Below are positions 49,738-62,230 of a stretch of 64,000 nt of DNA, one piece after another. The stretch comes from Candidatus Latescibacterota bacterium. Its GTDB lineage: Bacteria; Latescibacterota; UBA2968; GCA-2709665. Made by a program: the position numbers and the translations under genes. Below the pieces are notes generated by a model. The model saw only the letters and a list, made by a program, of their open reading frames with translations, was not told where the DNA came from and did not search any database. Every line of letters starts with the position of its first letter. Positions within the stretch are counted from its first letter, which is position 1. The stretch covers positions 1,088,001 to 1,152,000 of the forward strand of contig OZ244744.1 in the NCBI GenBank assembly GCA_965219455.1, in the 5' to 3' direction.

Positions 49738-52700
49738 TCAATCGCCCTTTGCCCCGTAAAAGAGATCGCCTGTCGTTTTTTTGACCTTTGGAGGTTTGCG
49801 CATTTCGTCCGGTACTGGTGGTAATTCGTCGGCTCGGAAGCAGTCGCTTTTGATGATGGCGTCGAGTAGCCGCGCCTGTTCGGGATAGGATTCGACAGTC
49901 GCCTCCAGTACCCAGAGCAAATCAAGTAGCTCGGTGGTGAACTGACTCGTCCAGCGCTTTGGACGAATCTCGTCAAGATCTGAAGATTTCCTGCCCGCTC
50001 GTCTCTTCATGCGGTACTTAAGCCAAGACTGTACGACCTTGAGACCCGAAACCTCAAACTCGTAGACCTCGGGAGGGACAGGCGCAAACTCGCCCTCACC
50101 GACGCGGAGAATTTCCTTCACGTCGCTATAGCTAAATTTGTCTGGGTAGTTCTCCGGATCCCCGGGAACGCCCTTTTCACATTTGGCTGCGCCGCGGGGA
50201 ACGTGACCACGTGGCTGATCTTCAGGAACGAACCGTTCGCCGTACGTGTGTAGCCAGAGCAACCGCACGCCTGTCGTTTTTACCTTTTGAAACAGTGCCG
50301 CGTCCTTCGTTAACGGTACACGTAGTTGGCGCAGGCCAATTGTAATGTTTGTCTCGACAGCATTTGTATTTGAAACGCCCGGTGAATCCTGGATGCGGTA
50401 GAGGGGGATAACTGCTTTAGCGCCAAATGAACCGCGAAAATGGTCGAGGTCAGGAAGATATGCAGCGCACGTCAAGGCAGGCCCAGATCCAAGCGGTTGA
50501 GAGAAGAGGCTCGTAACGTACACTTGCTGTTCGCCGTGAGTCCGCCATAGATCAGGGCGCAGGTAATCTCCCAACCTTGCATCGGCTATCATTAACTGGC
50601 GGTCGAATGAGCGATAGGCATATCGAGTTATTTTCCGGATAGGTGCATCTTTAGAAAGTTCCACCAAAGGTGTTCCCGCATCATCACGATCATATATTGG
50701 AGAGCAATTGGATTGGATTTTTCGATCGCGTGTCTCCTTGAATGATTTCGCCAAATGTTCCCGATTTGGAGACGCGAGCAATGCGCGCCAGCGCCGTTCC
50801 AGCAGCTCGCTATCGGGGGCGATGGGCCATGTCCTCTTGAACTGAACACCCGAATGTTGCCATGGCATAAGATCAGTAAGAAGCGGCCAGGTGAAGTACT
50901 CCCCACTGCCCGCCGGACGAAATGGGGCCTGCCAGTTGTCCGGACAATCCAGCCATTTCAAGCTAGAGTGCGCAAGTCCCTCAACGTCGTCGAGTACGGC
51001 GAGTTTCTCTGCCCGGGTACCCTCCACCAGGGCATAGTGGACGTGTGCGGGCTTGTCAGCGGCAACTTTCTCAGAACGCAGAGCCACGGCAATTGCGACA
51101 GGAGTTTGGATCGCAAAGACATTTTCGCTCCTGTGGGTGCCACGACCTTCGCCACCCAGGTCGATAATCCAAATCTCGTCGCATTGCCGACGCATGTGCT
51201 CACGCATTCCGCAAAAGGCATCACCGTCGAGATAGCTCGACGCACTGATGAAGCTGACAATGCCGGGACCTTTGGCGGCGTTTTTCTCAATGACCTTCCA
51301 CAGCGCCCAGCGCCAAAAATAGACATAAAGGTTGTAGAGGTTCTTGACACGGACACCATGCCCGGACGAACGTGCGGGAGCGATGAAATCCTTAAGAATG
51401 GCAAGTTCCTGTCTCTTCGAGAGCCTGGATTTGGGAGTCTTTAACTCTCTTTCTCTACCCCTTTCATCCTTATATTTATTGCCCGGCAGTGGGTCGGTGA
51501 ATCGAACCCATCCACCATATCGTGAGAGATTTTCTTCACTTTCTTTCAAGACTGCATCGTGCCGGTCGTAGGGTGGATTCCCAATGCAAACGATGACCGG
51601 AACTGAACTCTTAATCTTAAGTGCCTTTTTGTGCTGATCGGCGATAGGCCTCAGAAAAAAAGGCATTTGGGGAGGCTCAGCGTGTGGGCTTTCAAGAGTG
51701 TCGGTCAGATATATGCGGGTACCGCCGTTGGGAAGTGTTGCGCCGTTGTCATGCAGTGCGCGGTTTACCCTAAGTTCGCTGACTGCGAAGGGGCCAACCA
51801 TCAGTTCGAAGCCGTGCAGGTTTTTGGCCAACGTCGTGGCTTGACCAGGGACCGCACCCTTGCCCTGTTCTGCTTTAACCCGGCCGAGGGCGTGTTCGAT
51901 CACGCCGAGGAGATAGGTTCCGGTTCCGACCGCGGGATCGAGCGTGACGACACCTGGGTCGGCGAAACCGAGAGGCTTACCGAGACGCCTTACCAGCAAA
52001 TCGTCAATCAGACGCACCTGAGCGCGAACTACCTCGATGGGCGTGTAATATGCCCCGGCGTCCCTGCGCAGCCCGGGGTCATAGACGGCAAGGAAGTCTT
52101 CGTAGAAATAGAGCCACGGATCCTCAGGACCCGTAAGCGCGGCCGGAGATACGTGATCGATAACCCGTAGCAGCAAGTTAAGTGATGCGGATATCTCGGA
52201 ATGCGCGTTTTCGTCTGTTAAAACTTGGAGGGCTTTCGACAGCAGGCTGTGTTGAACAGCCAAGGCGTCTTGTGCAGTTTTCAGAGTTAGAGGATCAGCC
52301 CCTTCGCTCCGACCCAGCAGCAAGCCAAAGGTCACGGTTTGGGCGTACGCGTCGGCGAACTGCTCGTCCGACGCGTCTGGAAAGAGCAGTTGCCGCCAGT
52401 CTCGTGCAAGCTCCACGAGGGGCGAAGTGGGATTCTTAAGCGCGTCCTTGACGTCATCGCGCAACATCCGGCACAAAGGTGCCAACAGCGAAGCGAATCC
52501 CTTGAGTTCGATCTTTCCATCCTTGCCCCTTGGGATGCTGGGTTTCCACGAGAGAAAATCCCGCAGCACGCGTTCCACTGCGTGGGCGTTCGCCGAAACG
52601 ACGGCCTTCTTGCCATCCGCGGCTATATCACCTTCAAGGTGAACGATACTGCCAACCCGTTCGCCGCTCCGATAGATCGCCCATTCGTTGCCATCGGTGT

Positions 52701-53037
52701 ACAGGATATTCGGAATGGCCGAAAAACGTTTGAATTGATCGCGATTGTGACCCGTGAACCGAGAGGCCGTTGCACCGACGCCGGGTGCCTTTAGCTCGAC
52801 ATAACCGGCGGGAAGTTCTTTTATCAGAACAGCGTAGTCCGGGCGTCCGATGCGGTCAGGCATGGGAGTTTCCCCCCTGCAACTGACCTTCCAACCGAGC
52901 ACACCTGCCGCTTCGACCATAAACGACTTAAATGGAGATCGTAGTTGTTCTTCGGGCTCGCCAGGAGTGAACGGTGTAGAGTCCGCCGCCACCGACGCCG
53001 CGAAGCCTTGTAAAGCCGCGTAAATTGAGGTTTTCAT
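49738..53037 (-). CDS. Single-chain restriction-modification enzyme (type ISP/IIG-like, no helicase)
   Basis: PDY...VELK nuclease, YFYEDFL..YD, GAYYTP, DPAVGTGT, GNPPY, YAYRSFDRQ and VVQSWLKYR C-terminal specificity domain. Confidence 0.88.
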   Translation of the reverse strand: MKTSIYAALQGFAASVAADSTPFTPGEPEEQLRSPFKSFMVEAAGVLGWKVSCRGETPMPDRIGRPDYAVLIKELPAGYVELKAPGVGATASRFTGHNRDQFKRFSAIPNILYTDGNEWAIYRSGERVGSIVHLEGDIAADGKKAVVSANAHAVERVLRDFLSWKPSIPRGKDGKIELKGFASLLAPLCRMLRDDVKDALKNPTSPLVELARDWRQLLFPDASDEQFADAYAQTVTFGLLLGRSEGADPLTLKTAQDALAVQHSLLSKALQVLTDENAHSEISASLNLLLRVIDHVSPAALTGPEDPWLYFYEDFLAVYDPGLRRDAGAYYTPIEVVRAQVRLIDDLLVRRLGKPLGFADPGVVTLDPAVGTGTYLLGVIEHALGRVKAEQGKGAVPGQATTLAKNLHGFELMVGPFAVSELRVNRALHDNGATLPNGGTRIYLTDTLESPHAEPPQMPFFLRPIADQHKKALKIKSSVPVIVCIGNPPYDRHDAVLKESEENLSRYGGWVRFTDPLPGNKYKDERGRERELKTPKSRLSKRQELAILKDFIAPARSSGHGVRVKNLYNLYVYFWRWALWKVIEKNAAKGPGIVSFISASSYLDGDAFCGMREHMRRQCDEIWIIDLGGEGRGTHRSENVFAIQTPVAIAVALRSEKVAADKPAHVHYALVEGTRAEKLAVLDDVEGLAHSSLKWLDCPDNWQAPFRPAGSGEYFTWPLLTDLMPWQHSGVQFKRTWPIAPDSELLERRWRALLASPNREHLAKSFKETRDRKIQSNCSPIYDRDDAGTPLVELSKDAPIRKITRYAYRSFDRQLMIADARLGDYLRPDLWRTHGEQQVYVTSLFSQPLGSGPALTCAAYLPDLDHFRGSFGAKAVIPLYRIQDSPGVSNTNAVETNITIGLRQLRVPLTKDAALFQKVKTTGVRLLWLHTYGERFVPEDQPRGHVPRGAAKCEKGVPGDPENYPDKFSYSDVKEILRVGEGEFAPVPPEVYEFEVSGLKVVQSWLKYRMKRRAGRKSSDLDEIRPKRWTSQFTTELLDLLWVLEATVESYPEQARLLDAIIKSDCFRADELPPVPDEMRKPPKVKKTTGDLFYGAKGD

Positions 53038-53694
53038 TTGCGTTCTTGCCTCACCTAATGCAACGGTTTGCGCACTTACTCAGGTGCCAAACGGATGCAG
53101 TTCCTACGAAAAAATCAGTCGAATGGCGCGAAAACAAGCCACGTATTCGATATTATAGGGATAGTCGCAAATTGCGACAAGCGCAACTTGAAACGCCGGT
53201 AAGTCTCAATGCTGTGTGCATCGAGAGAAACGACACATGGTTGGTTCAACGACCCCAGCGCATCGTACAACCGTATAGTCGGGACGGATACTCGAAAAAC
53301 AGCAGGAAGCTTAGACTGGAAGCGCAATGTGGACGCCAATTTGAAGTACATGGCCCGTCTAGGACCAAGCGGGCCGGAATCCATACGAGGGCGGCGCAGT
53401 CTCCATGCGAAAATTCGGACAAAATACACGCATAACCCCCTGTGTCTCACGCCGATCCAGCGCGGACAGATGACGGACGCGAATCTTGTATTGGTCGCCG
53501 CAATGAATTATATTGGTGTCTGTTTACCCATTACAGAATGGGGCATCCAATGTCAGCTATCTGCGAAGTATTGCTTAGGAAAGCAGGCTGGCTTTGGAGC
53601 ACGAAAATGCGCTATGCGCGTTCGTAAACTGACGTGGGCATTTGCAAGTCTGCGAGAATGACGCCGGGCGTGCTGGTTATCTGGGGAGATATTT

Positions 53695-54756
53695 ATGATA
53701 CGAGAAACTGTTGATCGAATACGCACGTCGCTCAAATCTGGGCAATTTACCAACGAGGCATCGATATCTCAGGGGGTTGTGCTACCTGTATTGCAGGCAC
53801 TCGATTGGCCTGTATTCGATACATCCGTGGTAACCCCCGAATATTCCGTTGAGTCCGGACGGGTCGACTACGCTCTTCGTGAAACAACGGGGCGTCCAAA
53901 AATTTTCGTAGAGGTAAAGAGGCTTGGCCAGACGAATACCGGGGACAGGCAGTTGTTTGAGTACGCTTTCCATCAAGGAGTTCCGATGGCAGTCCTTACG
54001 GACGGTCATGAATGGAGCTTCTATCTACCGGGAGAAGAAGGACAGTACGAAGAGCGGCGTGTGTACAAACTTGATCTCCTCGAAAGATCTCCTGCTGAAT
54101 CCACCGAACGACTGCATCGATATTTGAACTACGGGCGAGTAATTTCGGGTGAGGCATTATCTGCTGCCCGGAACGACTACAGGAATGTTGCACGAGATAG
54201 ACTAATCGGCGACTCCATGCCAAGAGCCTGGCATCAGCTTCTGTCGGGGTCGGACGAAATACTCGTCGAATTGCTTGCTGACAAAGTCGAGGACATTTGC
54301 GGATATAAGCCCGAGCCGGACGTTTGCTCGCAGTTCATCCAAACAAAAGCGGATCCACAACGTGCACACATTGAGAACGGTGGTCGAGAACAGCAAGAGC
54401 CGCCATCACGGCCCTCGCCTCGACAAGACAAAGGCTTCACATATCGCGGTGAATTTCACTCGGCGAATTCAGCGCGGGAGGTCCTTCGAAGGGTCCTGAT
54501 CACATTTGCGGAGGATGATCCAGAGTTCTTGGGAAGGTTTGCCGAGAGGAAACATGGCCGGACGAGAAGATGGATAGCGAGATCCGAGAATGAACTTAAC
54601 CCTGACCGACCGGACTTAGCAGAAAAATCCGTTGAACTGGTACAGGGTTGGTGGATGGGAACCAATTACAGCAGACGACGAATTGAGAAAATAGCCAAAC
54701 TTGCGTGTGAAGTCGCCAATGTTGAGATTGGGAAAGACTTGGTAGTTTCGCTTTAA
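53695..54756 (+). CDS. HsdR-N-like PD-(D/E)xK nuclease fused to a SeqA-C-like domain
   Basis: PEY...RVDYAL...VEVK...QL.EY...LTDG..W; C-terminal HGRTRRWIA...WWMGTNYS. Confidence 0.7.
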   Translation: MIRETVDRIRTSLKSGQFTNEASISQGVVLPVLQALDWPVFDTSVVTPEYSVESGRVDYALRETTGRPKIFVEVKRLGQTNTGDRQLFEYAFHQGVPMAVLTDGHEWSFYLPGEEGQYEERRVYKLDLLERSPAESTERLHRYLNYGRVISGEALSAARNDYRNVARDRLIGDSMPRAWHQLLSGSDEILVELLADKVEDICGYKPEPDVCSQFIQTKADPQRAHIENGGREQQEPPSRPSPRQDKGFTYRGEFHSANSAREVLRRVLITFAEDDPEFLGRFAERKHGRTRRWIARSENELNPDRPDLAEKSVELVQGWWMGTNYSRRRIEKIAKLACEVANVEIGKDLVVSL

Positions 54757-54862
54757 TTGCCCGTGGCATTTTGATTGTACAAAAACCCGCCTATATCACA
54801 ACGCGACCCACTTTAAGTACAAACTGGATTGATCTGCCCTAATAAGGGGGGCGGGAGACTCA

Positions 54863-56687
54863 ATGCTTACCTTGGATGACTTCAATGCTTGCGGCTGGCA
54901 GGCGGCCATCGATGGTGTGGACTGTCCCTATGATTATGGCTCGCTGTCCAGTGCCTTTTCTGACGCTGCAAATCGCGCAGCAAGAAGATCGCCAAACCGA
55001 TTCCAAGGTGTTACGGTTGCTCGCTGATGTTTGTTCGATGCAGTTGTCGACTGACAGTGTTAATGATCCCTACAAGCCTTGTATAGTGTGGACGGACGGC
55101 CAGAGGTCAATGATCCCGAGTGACTTATCCGACGATGAGATACGCTTCTTCGCATCGATCGTCGATTTCATCAACAATGCGTTGCTAAAGGCACGTCTGG
55201 CCGATCTTATATGGCTCTTGCAAAAGCCGAGACAAGTGAAGTTGGCAAGGACGGCGATCGACAGCTACCGGTCAATTCCGTTGGAGCCCAAAATCTGGCA
55301 ACGGGGCGGTCGGAAATGTTGGCAACGTGCTATAAATCTCGCACAAATCCGCGGAATTGGGACTGACGAGCACAAATCTGAAATTGAAGCATCGATCGTT
55401 GCGGCGTTCATGTCTGCCACGGCGGAGGATGGGTCTTTTGGACTGAAATTGGCTAACTTACTTATGTCGAACGCACTTGGAGCGGATGTCTCAGCGTCAA
55501 TCGGGAGTCGGCTTGAGAACCTGGGAAGCGAATTAAAGAGTCAGGGCAAGCTACCGATGGCCCTGGAATACTATCAAGCATCGGCAGACTGGTGCAGGAA
55601 GTCTGACAATGATACCAAATGGGTGGAGATGAAAGCAAAGGTAGCCGCGGGATGGGTGGAACAGGCGTCGTTGCATGAATTGTCTGATCCCCCCAAGCAC
55701 AGCAACGCCGCAGGTTGCTATGATCGTGCAATCCAATCCTACCGGGAAATTCCTGGCACCCAACGTGAGACGTATCACGTTAACGAACGTATTTCAGAAC
55801 TACGGAAACGCCGCCATGAGTCGCTCAAAGAATCGTTGGATCAAATGAGTTCCATCAGGAGTCGTGGAATCGACCTCAGTCAAATTGCCGATAGTGCACG
55901 AAAGGAAGTGATGGGAAAGTCGTCTGCCGATGCTCTGGTGTCGTTCGCCAACATTCGTCCCATAGTAAACGTCAAAACACTACGCGATAGTGTGAGAGAG
56001 CGCCTTACGCAAACCCCGTTAATCTCCATGTTTTCTCGAACGGCGTTGAGCCGTGACGGTCGCGTCATTAAGAACGTACCCGGTGACGACAAAGAAGCAA
56101 TTTATGCAGATGAAATGATCCGCGAATACCGAATGAATGTAGAAGTTGACGTCAGAGGAATAATTGTCCCCGCGCTTGAAGCCTTGCTTCTGGAACACAG
56201 ATTCTGTGTTGAAGACTTCATTGATCTGGCAAAGAGGTCCGCATTTGGACCCGCTGGGCGGGAATTCCTTTTTGGCAGGGGTTTGTACGCCGGTTGCGAC
56301 TACGATTTCGCCACGGCCGTCCACATTCTCACGCCTCAAATTGAGCACGTGATACGCCTTATCCTGAAACAAGAGGGAGTATCAACAACGCATTTAGACC
56401 AGAAGAACGGTGTGGAGACTGAAAAAAGCCTCGCATCGCTGATTTGCGAATCCGCGGCCGAAGAGATATTGGGGCCAGACCTTAGTTTCGAAATAAGGAC
56501 GCTTTTCTGTGAACCCACCGGACCGAATTTACGAAACCTGCTGGCACACGGGATGCTAAATGACATTGCTTCTCAGTCAATCTTCGCGATTTATGCGTGG
56601 TGGCTTACATTGATGCTCGTGGTCAACTCTAATGGGGATGCCTCAGACATTGACACCGAGACATGCGAGCACGAATCTGGCGAATAG
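54863..56687 (+). pseudogene. DUF4209-like HEPN protein, apparently frameshifted near 54980
   Basis: C-terminal GPNLRNLLAHG. The RBS-preceded ATG at 54863 is out of frame with the long ORF 54876..56687. Confidence 0.6.
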
Positions 56688-56848
56688 ATGAGGTCTGCGA
56701 TCAGTTCGCCATAGTGCGACTCAATTACCGCACCTGTAACCGTCCACACGTCTTCAAGCCTATTTTTGTACCGTTACTGGATCAGGCACACTACCTTACA
56801 AAGAGACAGTCGTGGTCCATTTGTAACATCGATATTAAGCAAGAAACC

Positions 56849-57301
56849 ATGCAAGAACGCACTTTCAATCTCTCTGTCCCTCTATCCCGTCTATTTGTTG
56901 TGGGTTGTATTCTTGGGGGTGTTATTGAGATTGCCGGTAGCTTCTTCAGTATACGGTCGGGCGACAGTATTTTCGGCGTCGCGCAGTTGGTTTTCGGATT
57001 GTTTTTGCTGCTTTTCGTTAGTCTCACGCCCCGTATACACAGATATATCATCACGTTTGACGATTCGTATCTGACGTTGGATAAATCTCTCTTTAAACCG
57101 CGAAAAATCCCCTGGGCGTCTATCTCTGAAGTAGAAATACAACTGATGAAATTGGAAATAGCGCTCAAGGAGGGGAAAAACGTGAAGTGGAACTTCAATA
57201 TGAGCTATACGGACAACCAGTTTGTTAAACCACAAATCATCTCGGCGCTGACCGAATTCGCGGGAGCGAAGGGGATTCCCATCCGAGATAGTCGAAGTTG
57301 A
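56849..57301 (+). CDS. Hypothetical membrane protein (2 TM plus soluble PH-like domain)
   Basis: Two hydrophobic helices, then RKIPWASISEV; paralog of 62651..63106. Confidence 0.7.
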   Translation: MQERTFNLSVPLSRLFVVGCILGGVIEIAGSFFSIRSGDSIFGVAQLVFGLFLLLFVSLTPRIHRYIITFDDSYLTLDKSLFKPRKIPWASISEVEIQLMKLEIALKEGKNVKWNFNMSYTDNQFVKPQIISALTEFAGAKGIPIRDSRS

Positions 57302-57354
57302 TGACTCCGCGCCGCATATCCATGCGGCATCCCAATCGCGCACACCCGCACCCT

Positions 57355-58474
57355 GACGAAGTCCCCGCGCAAATGTGATTAGCGCGTATTTGGCGTTAAG
57401 GACAGCCGAACAGACGGGAGATTCTTCGGCTGCGCTCAGAATGACATGCTTTGCAATAGCCATCGTCGAAATGTATCCGTCATTCGTTAGCCCGTACTGT
57501 CATCCTGAGGAAGACGTCCGGCCTGCCAGAGAATCATCGGCAGGCCGGCTGACGAAGGATCTACTGCGGCATCGGTTGATCCCCAGGCTCCTGGCACTCA
57601 ATCGACGCAACAGGCGGCACGTTTACGCACACACGGTCAGGCCGAGGTGGCGCGTGTGTTGATGGGATTCCGAAATACGGGCATTTCGACATTTCGACAA
57701 GCTCAATGCAGGCAATGACCACGATTCGAAAGGGACTCGTTGACGTCGCTCAGAATGACAGGTTGCGCGATCATTTTCGTCGCGGGAGACCGGGCGCCCA
57801 CAAGGGACGCCCCTACGACGGCCAGGGGGAGTCGCGGCAAGGTGGAGACGATGAGGAAGCCGTTATGAGGGTGGGGCAGACATCCCTGTCTGCCGGCGTC
57901 AATGCCGACGAAGTCCCCGCGCAAATGTGATTGGCGCGGTTTTGGCATCAAAGACAGCCGAGAAGACGGGAGATTCTTCGCTGCGCTCAGAATGACATGC
58001 TTTGCAATAGCCATCGTCGAAATGTATCCGTCATTCGATAGCCCGTACTGTCATCCTGAGGAAGACGTCCGGCCTGCCAGAGAATCATCGGCAGGCCGGC
58101 TGACGAAGGATCTACTGCGGCATCGGTTGATCCCCAGTCTCCTGGCACTCAATCGACGCAACAGGCGGCACGTTTGCGCACACACGGTCAGGCTGAGGTG
58201 GCGCGTGTGTCGAGGGGATTCCGAAGCGCGGGCATTTCGACATTTCGACAAGCTCAATGCAGGCAAGCTTGCTTCGACAAGCTCAGCACAGGCAATGACC
58301 ACGCTTCGAAAGGGACTCGTTGACGTCGCTCAGAATGACAAGTTGCGCGATCATTTTCGTCGCGGGAGACCGGGCGCCCACAAGGGACGCCCCTACGACG
58401 GCCAGGGGGAGTCGCGGCAAGGTGGAGACGATGAGGAAGCCGTTATGAGGGTGGGGCAGACATTCCTGTCTGCC
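57355..58474. repeat. Tandem duplication of a ~550-bp mosaic of REP-like elements
   Basis: Copy 1 is 57355..57894 and copy 2 is 57907..58474. They are near identical; copy 2 has an extra TTCGACAAGCTCA module. Confidence 0.92.
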
Positions 58475-58552
58475 CACGTCTAAAGTGGCATTGCTCACTG
58501 TCGTGCGGTCGCGCGTTTGATTTGTTTATCCTGTTTATCCTGTATATCCATG

Positions 58553-60531
<1,979 letters not shown>

Positions 60532-60558
60532 TAAGTTCCTGTTTCTGAACTAATAAGG

Positions 60559-61317
60559 CTACTTACCCTCCCCTACGAATTCCAGCCAGTTTCTGAATTC
60601 GACCTTCCTCAGGCTTTCTTCTTGCTTCTCTTTTTTCTTCAAGCCCGCCAGCAGACTCTGAAACGCTTCCTCCGTGAACATCGACGTGTAATTCGGCGCC
60701 CAGTGCATAAGCAGCTTTCCGATGTAGTCGTACGGCAGTTCGGGATGGTATTGCGTACATGTGACGCGCCGGTCCTTCGATACAACGGCCTGCAGCGTAA
60801 CAGCGTTTTCGGCGATAATGTCAAACCCGCGTGGCAGTTGTGCGATCTCATCGAAATGATGAGCGGGCGCATCGAACGTGGGCGGTTTGCCTCGATAAAT
60901 GGCCTGAGCGTAATCCACTGTTCTGGCCGTAAGACCGGTTGCGATGCCGATTTCCGGTGTGCGAGCCGGCGCCACCTCCCCGCCGCAGACGGTCACGATG
61001 ACCTGAAACCCCCAGCAACTGCCCCAGACATGAGGGACATCCGCAAGCACGCGCTCGCCCAACTCGAGTTGGCGCCGATTAAATGGGTCGTCTTCGTAGA
61101 TATTGCCGCCCCCGCCGGTCCAGATCGCGGCATCGTACTCGCTGAAATCCAGGTCCGGCGGTCCGGCGTCGCTGTGCGTGTGGACGATCCGGATGTCCGC
61201 TTCAGGCAGGCATTCCCGGACGAGTGACTCGAAGACGCATGCCTGCTTCTCCACCCCGGCAAGCGCATGGGACCGGTTTCCTTCCCGGGTCCAACCGTCG
61301 ACGATCAATAGCCGCAT
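60559..61317 (-). CDS. Type 1 glutamine amidotransferase
   Basis: GSCWG nucleophile elbow and QYHPE. Confidence 0.85.
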   Translation of the reverse strand: MRLLIVDGWTREGNRSHALAGVEKQACVFESLVRECLPEADIRIVHTHSDAGPPDLDFSEYDAAIWTGGGGNIYEDDPFNRRQLELGERVLADVPHVWGSCWGFQVIVTVCGGEVAPARTPEIGIATGLTARTVDYAQAIYRGKPPTFDAPAHHFDEIAQLPRGFDIIAENAVTLQAVVSKDRRVTCTQYHPELPYDYIGKLLMHWAPNYTSMFTEEAFQSLLAGLKKKEKQEESLRKVEFRNWLEFVGEGK

Positions 61318-61324
61318 TTCCTCG

Positions 61325-62230
61325 TCACCTCTCGTCTTCAAACCAGTCGTCGCCGACCTCAATCTCGCCCGTCGCGGTTAAAACGGCAGGGCCGCCCACG
61401 TCGACCGAAACGACCTTCCCGTCCCGCAATCGAGCCGCCGCGTCCATCTTGCTGGTGCGGCCGATTTTCACTCCCTGTGTCACCACAAGTTCCACCCTGC
61501 CCGATCGAATTCCGCTTCTCAGCCCCGCGACGCCGACAAGCGCGGCGACAGCGCTGCCCGTTGCCGGATCTTCTTCGATGCCGTGGGCGGGCGCGAACAT
61601 CCGCGCGTAGATCTCCGCGCCGGAATTTAATTCACCCGAAAAGAAAAAGAGTTCCGGCGACCATGCATCGGAGAGCAATCCGACCCACGCCTGTTTGTCC
61701 ATCGATGCACGGTCAACAGCCGCTTTCGACGCCAGGTGGGTGAAGCAGAAGTTCAGTCCCGCACCGGCGAAGAATCCGTCCAGGACGTCGTCCCGGTCGA
61801 GGGAAAGGACTGCCGAAAGCGACGCGATCGGCGGTTTGTCCGAAGGGTGTTCCAGAGGAGCATCACTGGTCAGCGTACCATACAATACGCCCTCGTCGCT
61901 CGAAATCCTCACCGGGATGCGGCCGACGTTCTCTTCGAGAATAACGCAATCCGAATCCGTGTGCCCGCCATAGCGAAGGGCGCACGCCGTTCCAACCGTG
62001 GGATGGCCGGCGAAGTCCACCTCGGCGTTCGGTGTGAAGATTCGCACCCGGGCCGTGGCGGTCTCGTTTGTCGGCGGAAATACGTAGGTGGTTTCGGAGA
62101 AATTGAACTCGCGAGCGACCTTCTGCATGCCATCCGTGCTGAGGCCCCTCGCATCCGGTAAGACCGCCAGTTGATTTCCCCCGAAGGCCGTGCGGGTGAA
62201 GACATCGAGGATATAGAATCGATATTTCAT
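61325..62230 (-). CDS. PhzF-family isomerase
   Basis: DVFT..FGGNQLAV, NFSET, RIFTP..E..FAGHPT, EDPATGSA. Confidence 0.92.
   Translation of the reverse strand: MKYRFYILDVFTRTAFGGNQLAVLPDARGLSTDGMQKVAREFNFSETTYVFPPTNETATARVRIFTPNAEVDFAGHPTVGTACALRYGGHTDSDCVILEENVGRIPVRISSDEGVLYGTLTSDAPLEHPSDKPPIASLSAVLSLDRDDVLDGFFAGAGLNFCFTHLASKAAVDRASMDKQAWVGLLSDAWSPELFFFSGELNSGAEIYARMFAPAHGIEEDPATGSAVAALVGVAGLRSGIRSGRVELVVTQGVKIGRTSKMDAAARLRDGKVVSVDVGGPAVLTATGEIEVGDDWFEDER

Noticed and set aside
53025-53690. ORFs 53025..53435, 53115..53450 and 53209..53661 as genes or a transposase remnant
   Set aside because: Overlapping, with no convincing RBS or recognisable motif; probably intergenic or decayed DNA.
57355-58474. 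CRISPR array, or coding ORFs 57375, 57706 and 57902
   Set aside because: Whole units including spacers are duplicated, there is no regular repeat-spacer period and no cas genes. The ORFs are translations of repeats.
61325-62230. Phenazine biosynthesis cluster
   Set aside because: Only a lone PhzF-family gene; no phzA/B, D, E or G.
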